Source: Nitrospirota bacterium
Lineage (GTDB): Bacteria; Nitrospirota; Thermodesulfovibrionia; UBA6902; DSMQ01
DNA: 55,196 nt
Reading direction: 5' to 3'
NCBI GenBank assembly: GCA_016208855.1
Contig: JACQXF010000057.1
Span: forward strand, 1-55,196
The first letter of the stretch is position 1. Every line of letters starts with the position of its first letter. This document shows positions 28,515 to 34,776 of the stretch, in pieces. The notes below the pieces were generated by a model. The model was not told the origin of the DNA. It saw nothing but the letters and a program-made list of their open reading frames with translations, and ran no database searches. The position numbers were made by a program, and so were the translations under genes.

Positions 28515-29696
28515 TCACCTCCTTTCTGCCTGATACGCAGGCACGTTATCCGCTATTAAGGATAATTCCCTTAGCAGTAACTTATTCGCCTTGCGGCTTT
28601 TTACCGCCACCCTTATATATGAACTATCAAGCCCATAAAAATTTGCACACTTCCTGATAAGGATGCCTTTCTTTCTTAGCGTCTCATATACATTCTCTGC
28701 GCCATCTATCCTTAATAAATAAAAATTAGCTTCCGAAGGAAAAAATTCAATGCCTGACTTCTTAAAGCCTTCCTCTAAAAATTTCTTCTCTCTTTTTATT
28801 AAAGCAAATGAAGCCTCTCTGTATGAAGCATCCTCAAGCGCCATAACCGCTGCCTTTTGCGCAAGCATATTTACTGTCCACGGCTCCTTCATCCCTCTTA
28901 ATGCCCCTGTTAAATGCAAGGGGAAAACGCCGTATCCTATCCTTAAGCCCGGAATGGCGTAGAACTTTGTCATAGACCTTAAGACTATAAGATAGGGATT
29001 GTCCTTAACATATCTAATTACAGATTCCTCAGGAGAGAAATCAATAAACGCCTCATCAACCACAAGATAGCATTTAACTTTCTTTGCGGCCTCAGCTATT
29101 TTAAGGACATCATCCTTTGCTAGCAGCCTGCCTGTCGGATTGTTCGGGTTACAGAGAAAAGCCAAAAAAACAGAGCCCAGAGTCCAGAGCCCAGAGCCCA
29201 GACTATCTTTACTATTTTTTTTGTCTGTGTTCTGTGCTCTGTGTTCTGTGCTCTGAATCATTTCCGTCATTGCCGATATAAATTCATCAGGCCTTATGTC
29301 AAAGTTATCTTCTTTCCTTAATTCATAACTCATAACTCTTAACTCATAACTTGATGTCCTGCATGCCCTTTCATAGTCTGAAAATGTAGGCTGCGGCATG
29401 AGAAGCCTTTCGGGCTTCAGGACACGGGCGATTAAGTAAATTAATTCCGTGCTGCCGTTTCCGCAGATAATGCTCTCAGGGTCAATTCTGTGATACTCTC
29501 CAAGCCTCTCTCTAAGCTCTGCCGCCTCAGGGTCAGGATAATGAATGAGGCTGTTTATATATTTTTTAATTTCTGAGCGTATCTCCTTTGAGACGCCGAG
29601 CGGATTTATAGAGGCGCTGAAATCAATAATCTTCTGTGCTGCTATGCCAAGTTCTTCTGAGGCCGTGTAAATGTTTCCGCCGTGTCCTGCTTGCAT
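28515..29696 (-). CDS. cobD: L-threonine-O-3-phosphate decarboxylase (CobD, class I/II aminotransferase fold)
   Basis: N-terminal GHGGNIY signature. PLP Lys region SMTKFY. ATG 29696 has a GGAGAAGGG RBS (ORF-track TTG 29732 is less likely). Carries two repeat inserts. Confidence 0.85.
   Translation of the reverse strand: MQAGHGGNIYTASEELGIAAQKIIDFSASINPLGVSKEIRSEIKKYINSLIHYPDPEAAELRERLGEYHRIDPESIICGNGSTELIYLIARVLKPERLLMPQPTFSDYERACRTSSYELRVMSYELRKEDNFDIRPDEFISAMTEMIQSTEHRAQNTDKKNSKDSLGSGLWTLGSVFLAFLCNPNNPTGRLLAKDDVLKIAEAAKKVKCYLVVDEAFIDFSPEESVIRYVKDNPYLIVLRSMTKFYAIPGLRIGYGVFPLHLTGALRGMKEPWTVNMLAQKAAVMALEDASYREASFALIKREKKFLEEGFKKSGIEFFPSEANFYLLRIDGAENVYETLRKKGILIRKCANFYGLDSSYIRVAVKSRKANKLLLRELSLIADNVPAYQAERR
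29171..29255. repeat. Hep-1 bipartite element (CAGAGCC arm / loop / GTCTGTGYT arm) in frame in cobD
   Basis: Arm 29171..29203 cagagcccagagtccagagcccagagcccagac. Arm 29223..29255 gtctgtgttctgtgctctgtgttctgtgctctg. Peptide QSTEHRAQNTDKKNSKDSLGSGLWTLGS. Confidence 0.85.
29324..29351. repeat. Four tandem heptamers (cataact x3, cttaact) in frame in cobD
   Basis: Peptide SSYELRVMSYEL. Confidence 0.7.
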
Positions 29697-29730
29697 TATC
29701 CCTTCTCCATTATCCAAAAAAATGCATTTC

Positions 29731-29896
29731 AAAATGGCATGGATGACTGAAAAAGCTCTATTCGCAACATATTAGCATGTCATTACATAATCAGTAACCG
29801 CATAAATTTTATACAAGAACATTTATAAAGATTATGTAATGACACACATCAAATTTAGTTGCATTATAGAGATTTTGAAGGCATCTATGCCATTTT
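29731..29896. mobile_element. MITE-like element, family B, copy 2
   Basis: aaaatggcatggatgactgaaaaagctctat...atagagattttgaaggcatctatgccatttt. The right end overlaps the stop codon (29895..29897) of the upstream ORF. Confidence 0.75.
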
Positions 29897-31307
29897 ATTT
29901 ATTCCCTTCACTGCATTTTTGGGTTATCAGCCTATAAAGCAACCCATCTATCCTGTCAATAAGGGCCTTAAACATCCCGCCATGGCTCTTTGAGTTCCCA
30001 AAAAGCTCTGCCCTTATTTCCTGAATCTTTGGGTCATCGCACTTTTCATATGTTATGTATCCGTTCTGCATAGCGAGCCTCTCTAAAATCAAAAGTTGCC
30101 TTGCTTTTTCTGCAAATGGCATCAGCAGTTTTTTAACTCTCTCTAAGTCCAACTTCTGACCCCTGACCTCTGACCCCTGACCCCTAAGCATTTTCACAAT
30201 CTCTTTTATCATCACATAAAGGGTGCAGTATTCAAGCCCCCTTACGCCTCTGCGCCACTGCAGAAGCATTGGATTACGCCAATACCAAAGAAAGTTGCGA
30301 ATGCCAAGATTGATTAAGTCAGAACACAGAACACAGAGCTCAGAGCCCAGACTATCTTTAATCCCCCCTTGCCCCCCTTTAGCAAAGGGGGGATGGGGGA
30401 ATTTGTCTGTGTTCTGTGTTCTGTGTTCTGTGTTCTGTTCAGCAAGGTATTCCCATAAATTCCTTAAAACCATGGCGCCGTTATCATCATCTATGGTATC
30501 AAAATGTATCAATGACAATATCACTTTGCCCTTGCCAAAATTGCCCTCTATAACCGCTGGCTCATCTTTTAGCCTCTTAGGGTCAAGATTAATCTTGTAA
30601 ATTTCTTCCATAGCCTGCCAGTCCCCGTTTTCTTCAGTATCGCCAACATTTAAATCTGAACTAAAGGCATCTGGCAGCGCTTCTCCATAAGCTGCGAGTA
30701 TTTTTATCTCCTTATCATCAACCAAAAACTGTGAAGGCCACCAGGCGTTAAAGATACGTGACGAGTGACGAGTGACGAGTGACGAGTTTAAGAAATTTTC
30801 TCTACTTGTTACTCGCAACTCGTTACTTGTTACTGTATTCATCCATATAGGATGTTTATTTATGTTTAGATATATCCTTCCATTAAAGCTCGGCACCCTG
30901 TCCTTTGTCGGCTTTCTTTTCACATTCAAAAGCCCTATGCCGTCTTCTGTAGCGAGACCTGCACCCCCGCAAAAGCCAAGGTAATTGCCTCCGCTTTTCA
31001 CAAACTTTTTTACCTCTTTTATGCCGTCTTCGCCAAACGCCTTCAGCTTATTTGACGCCCAGCCTCCGGGTATAAATAATAATTTATAATCTTTGAGCGC
31101 TCCAGCCTTTATATCTGCTGAGCGGATAAGATCAAAGGGAAGATTTGAATTTGTTAATGTCTTATATGCCATCAAGCCCCACAGGAAAGACTCATCCCAG
31201 AGAAAGGCAACAGTAGAAAGTGACGAGTGACGAGTGACGAGTGAGGAGTCTTTATCTTTTAACTTGTTACTCGTTACTATTGACTTGTTACTGTATTTTA
31301 TTTTCAT
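29895..31307 (-). CDS. Class I glutamine-amidotransferase-like (BPL_N-type) domain protein, function unknown
   Basis: ...LLFIPGGWASNK...SGGNYLGFCGGAGLA... (nucleophile-elbow-like GFCGG). The C-terminal ~130-aa helical region is unassigned. Interrupted by at least 4 repeat inserts. Confidence 0.6.
   Translation of the reverse strand: MKIKYSNKSIVTSNKLKDKDSSLVTRHSSLSTVAFLWDESFLWGLMAYKTLTNSNLPFDLIRSADIKAGALKDYKLLFIPGGWASNKLKAFGEDGIKEVKKFVKSGGNYLGFCGGAGLATEDGIGLLNVKRKPTKDRVPSFNGRIYLNINKHPIWMNTVTSNELRVTSRENFLNSSLVTRHSSRIFNAWWPSQFLVDDKEIKILAAYGEALPDAFSSDLNVGDTEENGDWQAMEEIYKINLDPKRLKDEPAVIEGNFGKGKVILSLIHFDTIDDDNGAMVLRNLWEYLAEQNTEHRTQNTDKFPHPPFAKGGQGGIKDSLGSELCVLCSDLINLGIRNFLWYWRNPMLLQWRRGVRGLEYCTLYVMIKEIVKMLRGQGSEVRGQKLDLERVKKLLMPFAEKARQLLILERLAMQNGYITYEKCDDPKIQEIRAELFGNSKSHGGMFKALIDRIDGLLYRLITQKCSEGNK
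30154..30188. repeat. Tandem heptamers ctgaccc/ctgacct in frame
   Basis: ttctgacccctgacctctgacccctgacccctaag. Peptide RGQGSEVRGQK. Confidence 0.7.
30320..30440. repeat. Composite nested element: Hep-1 arms flanking a C6/G6 palindromic core
   Basis: cagaacacagaacacagagctcagagcccagac + ccccccttgcccccctttagcaaaggggggatggggg + tctgtgttctgtgttctgtgttctgtgttctgttc. Second copy at 47152..47273. Peptide ...NTEHRTQNTDKFPHPPFAKGGQGGIKDSLGSELCVLCS. Confidence 0.85.
30757..30834. repeat. Hep-2 bipartite element (GTGACGA arm / loop / TYGTTAC arm) in frame
   Basis: Arm 30757..30786 (gtgacga x4) and arm 30802..30834 ctacttgttactcgcaactcgttacttgttact. Peptide VTSNELRVTSRENFLNSSLVTRHSS. Confidence 0.85.
31218..31292. 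repeat. Hep-2 bipartite element spanning the cbiGH stop and the next ORF's start
   Basis: Arm aagtgacgagtgacgagtgacgagtgaggag and arm cttgttactcgttactattgacttgttact. Loop and arm are nearly identical to those of 31751..31807. Confidence 0.85.
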
Positions 31308-33177
31308 ATCCCCTCGGCGTTATCATCCTGCCCTGATAGAGAGATGTGTTTGAATTTCCTATTATCACTGTTGTCTGCATATCAATATCATGATTAAGCA
31401 TGTCATTCAGGTTTGTAACAACAACACTTTCGTTCTCCCTCATTGCTCCCTTTACTATGCCAACCGGAGTTTCAGGACTCCTGTATTTCAAGATAATATC
31501 TCTTGCCTTATTAATATGCTGCTGTCTGCCCATGCTCTTAGGGTTATAAAGGACAATAACAAAATCAGCCATAGCCGCAGCTTCAAGACGCTTTTCAATC
31601 AACTCCCACGGAGTCAGCCTGTCAGAAAGACTTATAGAGGCAAAATCGTGCATAAGCGGAGCGCCAAGCCTTGCAGCGCAGGCATTCAGGGCTGATATGC
31701 CGGGAATTACCTCCACAGACAGTAACAAGTGACGAGTAACAAGTGACGAGTCTTTGGAATTATTATTGTCTTTAAACTTGTTACTCGTTACTATTGGCTT
31801 GTTACTGCCTTTAAGTATCTCAAACACCAGTCCTGCCATTGCATAAATGCCCGGGTCGCCGCCGCTGATAATAGAAACTACCTTGCCTGACATTGCAAGC
31901 TCTACAGCCTTCCTGCATCTGTCCACCTCCTGAGTCATGCCTGTAGATACAACCTCTTTATCTGAAATCAAATCCTTAATCAAATCAAGATATGTGCCGT
32001 AGCCCACAATAACATCTGACTCTCTAATGGCTTTTTGCGCATATGGTGTAATGTGCTCAATGCCCCCTGGCCCTGTGCCAACGATGTAAAGCTTAGGGAT
32101 TAGGGATTGGGGATTGGGGATTGGATTTAATTTTGATTTGCTTCTTTCTAACCCCCAACCCCTAACCCCTAACCCCAGAATTTCTTTAACTGCTACTGCC
32201 ACTGTTACATTCCCATCTTTTTGTTTTGCCACCGCTAACTCTCCTTTATCTGACGCAAGTATAGCCGCTGGTTCTGCAACGCCATAGGCGCCTGTTGCCT
32301 TAAACACAGCTTCTGATTTCTCTATCCCTTCAACTGTGTTAAGCTCATTTGCTGTAAATGTGTTTATCTTAAAACCGTATTTATCTGCAAATCTTAACAG
32401 TCCTGCTTCGTTTGCCTTTAGATCTATAGTTGCTATAGAACATACGGATAGAAATGACAGGTTATTCTTTCTAAGAACTTTCCGAACAACCTCCTCTATT
32501 TCTTCTGCTGATGTCCCGCTGTTACAGCCTATGCCAAGAATAAGATTTTTGGGATGGAGATAAAGACAGGGGGTTGGGGGTTGGGGGTTGGGGGTTGCTT
32601 TATTCGTAATTATAATGTCTGCCATTACTAAATCAGTTATCTGTAAAAACTCTTCTGGAAGTCTGATGTCTGTGTTCTGTGCTCCGTGTTCTGTGTTCTG
32701 ATCAATATATACCCTCAATGCTCCACTGTTTAAAAACCTTGTTGATATTTCGGGGACTGCGTCCCAATTCTCTATGACCAAGTCATTGCCTTTTGCCCAC
32801 ATATCTATAGACGGCAGATTATTAACATCTGACGCAGTCGTAATAACAGCCTGCCCTCCCAAAAAATATGCAATCTCCTTTGTAATTTTATTCGCTCCTC
32901 CAAGATGTCCGCTTAAAAGGCTTATGATATGTTTTCCTTTTTCATCAAGCACTATAACAGCAGGGTCAGTCCGCTTATCCTTTATCAGAGGCGCAATAGC
33001 CCTGACAACTATGCCTGACGCCATGATAAAAATTAAACACTTACTCTTGTTCCATTCGCCCTGCGCCTTTTCAGCACTAAATTTAATAATCTCTGCATGA
33101 GGATAAAGTTCTTTAAGCCTTTGAGCAAGAATAAACCCGTTGTTTGTTATGTAAAAAATTGTAGTGTTAATTTTCAT
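31288..33177 (-). CDS. cbiGH: CbiG (cobalt-precorrin-5A hydrolase) fused to CbiH (cobalt-factor III / precorrin-3B C17-methyltransferase)
   Basis: N-terminal CbiG-like region (...ASGIVVRAIAPL...GGANKITKEIA...). C-terminal TP_methylase (LYIVGTGPGGIEHITPYA...GGDPGIYAMAG). 629 aa with 4 repeat inserts. Confidence 0.85.
   Translation of the reverse strand: MKINTTIFYITNNGFILAQRLKELYPHAEIIKFSAEKAQGEWNKSKCLIFIMASGIVVRAIAPLIKDKRTDPAVIVLDEKGKHIISLLSGHLGGANKITKEIAYFLGGQAVITTASDVNNLPSIDMWAKGNDLVIENWDAVPEISTRFLNSGALRVYIDQNTEHGAQNTDIRLPEEFLQITDLVMADIIITNKATPNPQPPTPCLYLHPKNLILGIGCNSGTSAEEIEEVVRKVLRKNNLSFLSVCSIATIDLKANEAGLLRFADKYGFKINTFTANELNTVEGIEKSEAVFKATGAYGVAEPAAILASDKGELAVAKQKDGNVTVAVAVKEILGLGVRGWGLERSKSKLNPIPNPQSLIPKLYIVGTGPGGIEHITPYAQKAIRESDVIVGYGTYLDLIKDLISDKEVVSTGMTQEVDRCRKAVELAMSGKVVSIISGGDPGIYAMAGLVFEILKGSNKPIVTSNKFKDNNNSKDSSLVTRHLLLSVEVIPGISALNACAARLGAPLMHDFASISLSDRLTPWELIEKRLEAAAMADFVIVLYNPKSMGRQQHINKARDIILKYRSPETPVGIVKGAMRENESVVVTNLNDMLNHDIDMQTTVIIGNSNTSLYQGRMITPRGYENKIQ
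31720..31807. repeat. Hep-2 bipartite element in frame in the CbiH part
   Basis: cagtaacaagtgacgagtaacaagtgacgag / loop / cttgttactcgttactattggcttgttactg. Peptide VTSNKFKDNNNSKDSSLVTRHLLLS. Confidence 0.85.
32092..32176. repeat. Hep-3 bipartite element (GGGATTR arm / loop / YAACCCC arm), G4-capable
   Basis: cttagggattagggattggggattggggattgg ... taacccccaacccctaacccctaacccc. Peptide GLGVRGWGLERSKSKLNPIPNPQSLIPK. Confidence 0.85.
32568..32598. repeat. Four tandem GGGGGTT heptamers in frame
   Basis: agggggttgggggttgggggttgggggttgc. Peptide ATPNPQPPTP. Confidence 0.8.
32668..32700. repeat. Hep-1 solo arm in frame in the CbiG part
   Basis: gtctgtgttctgtgctccgtgttctgtgttctg. Peptide QNTEHGAQNTD. 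Confidence 0.8.
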
Positions 33178-33305
33178 CTGAAGAACTCAATATTCTCATG
33201 ACTCTCAAAGTCCCCGCCGCTCAAAGGCTGCCCTTCAAAAATATCGGTAACAGCCCTTATGGCCTCTATCCGGTATTCCTGATTGCTGTCAAAGTGGAGT
33301 TTCAT
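33174..33305 (-). pseudogene. 43-codon stump of a Res-like (type III / helicase-type) restriction subunit
   Basis: My translation: MKLHFDSNQEYRIEAIRAVTDIFEGQPLSGGDFESHENIEFFR*. It resembles the characteristic N-terminus (F(D/E)xNQxYQxxAIxAVxxxFxGQP) of Res/DEAD-box restriction helicases. Its ATG overlaps the vsr TGA (ATGA) and its TGA overlaps the cbiGH ATG (ATGA). Confidence 0.5.
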
Positions 33306-33715
33306 GATAGTTTTTCAATTAATGATTTTTGCCATCTATCCGATTGTTTTTTTCCCAACCGGCATTGCCATAGAACAATCACTTGCCATCCGGTTTTCTT
33401 TAATTGCCGGATATTCTTTTTATCCCGCTCAACATTGCCGCTTATTTTCTTTTCCCAAAACTCCTTCCTCGTTTCCGGCAGTTGTGCCTTTTTGCAGTTC
33501 TTATGCTTATGCCAAAAACAACCGTGAATAAAAATAACGGTTTTGTATTTAGGTAGAACAATATCCGGCTTACCCGGCAAAGTCTTTACATTTTTTCTGA
33601 AACGAAACCCTTTGGAAAAGAGGAATTTTCTTACAACTATTTCGGGCTGTGTTTCATCACCACGAATCTTTGCCATTATCGCACTTCTTTTATTTTTTGA
33701 AAATATATCAACCAA
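33302..33715 (-). CDS. vsr: Very-short-patch repair endonuclease
   Basis: ...KNKRSAIMAKIRGDETQPE...PGKPDIVLPKYKTVIFIHGCFWHKH... TTG start overlaps the dcm stop. Confidence 0.9.
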   Translation of the reverse strand: MVDIFSKNKRSAIMAKIRGDETQPEIVVRKFLFSKGFRFRKNVKTLPGKPDIVLPKYKTVIFIHGCFWHKHKNCKKAQLPETRKEFWEKKISGNVERDKKNIRQLKKTGWQVIVLWQCRLGKKQSDRWQKSLIEKLS

Positions 33716-34742
33716 GATATTTGTCCAAATGTTCTTTGATGTTCATAGATTGAATGTAACTGAACCTCGGAGGAAGCGCATTGCCTATAAGCAAAGCCAA
33801 AGAAGCTTTCGGAATGTTCACCGGGAACTTGTATCTCCTCGGAAACGACTGTAACAAAGCCGCTTCCCGTGCCGTAATGACCCTGTCTTTTTCCGGATGC
33901 AAGAATCTGCCCTTTGAAGGATTCAGACAACCTCCGGTTATCGTTGATGAATAATCGTTCCACCTTAAACGACCGTATATGTCGTTAAATCCGACATTCT
34001 CCTTTTTATGGCACTCTAAAATGTATTTATCAGGCAAGTCTTTCCAACCGCCTCCGTCTTTCGGAATAAGCTGTATTCTTTCCATTACTTCGGGGGTGTG
34101 ATTAGCAGTGATCTTGTGTAAGGGGTCTTTAGTCGTTTCTATCGATTCCAATTTGCCTATGACTTCTTTTACCGTAACTTTTTCCCCGGTTCCATCAGCA
34201 ATATCCATTTCTCCCAACAAAGAACCTACCATTATCAAGCGTTTTCTATTTTGAGGCACACCGTAGTCTTTTACATTTACAATTTTCACTTTTGGACGAT
34301 ACCCAAGCGCTTCAAGTTCTTTCACAACATCTTTAAAGAGATAGTAATTGACCAGCCCCGGAACATTTTCCATCATGATTGTAAGGGGCTTCAGTTCTTT
34401 TACAAGCCTTAAATATTCCAGGATTAGGGCGTTTCGATCATCCCGAACGTTTTGTTTGCGATTCAAACGACGCACGGAAGAAAAACCCTGACAAGGCGGG
34501 CATCCTGCCAGCAAATGTAGCGACTCACCGTTTAATGCCGCAATTATTTCATCGGTGGATACCTTACGAATGTCATTTTCAATAACTTTCGTCTTGGAAT
34601 GATTCATCCGATATGCAAGCACTGCATGCTTGTCAATCTCAATCGCTACTTTTGCAGTAAAACCGGCTTTCACCATCCCTTCGGATAAGCCTCCGCAGCC
34701 TGAGAAAATGTCAATGGCATTATAATGATATATTTTTTTCAT
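33708..34742 (-). CDS. dcm: DNA (cytosine-5)-methyltransferase
   Basis: Motif I DIFSGCGG, motif IV GCPPCQGFS, motif VI MMENVPGL, motif VIII QNRKRL, motif X IGNALPP. Confidence 0.95.
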   Translation of the reverse strand: MKKIYHYNAIDIFSGCGGLSEGMVKAGFTAKVAIEIDKHAVLAYRMNHSKTKVIENDIRKVSTDEIIAALNGESLHLLAGCPPCQGFSSVRRLNRKQNVRDDRNALILEYLRLVKELKPLTIMMENVPGLVNYYLFKDVVKELEALGYRPKVKIVNVKDYGVPQNRKRLIMVGSLLGEMDIADGTGEKVTVKEVIGKLESIETTKDPLHKITANHTPEVMERIQLIPKDGGGWKDLPDKYILECHKKENVGFNDIYGRLRWNDYSSTITGGCLNPSKGRFLHPEKDRVITAREAALLQSFPRRYKFPVNIPKASLALLIGNALPPRFSYIQSMNIKEHLDKYLG

Positions 34743-34776
34743 CTATATCTCTTGTTTACTACTATATCTTCTGACC

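Noticed and set aside
32092-32124. TTAGGG-like repeats as telomeric or eukaryotic contamination
   Set aside because: The runs are only ~30 nt, embedded in frame in bacterial cbi genes, and paired with a complementary arm. They are members of the Hep-3 element family.
33676-33963. 95-aa minus-strand ORF overlapping the dcm 3' end and vsr 5' end
   Set aside because: It is an alternative frame of two well-supported genes and has no motif support.
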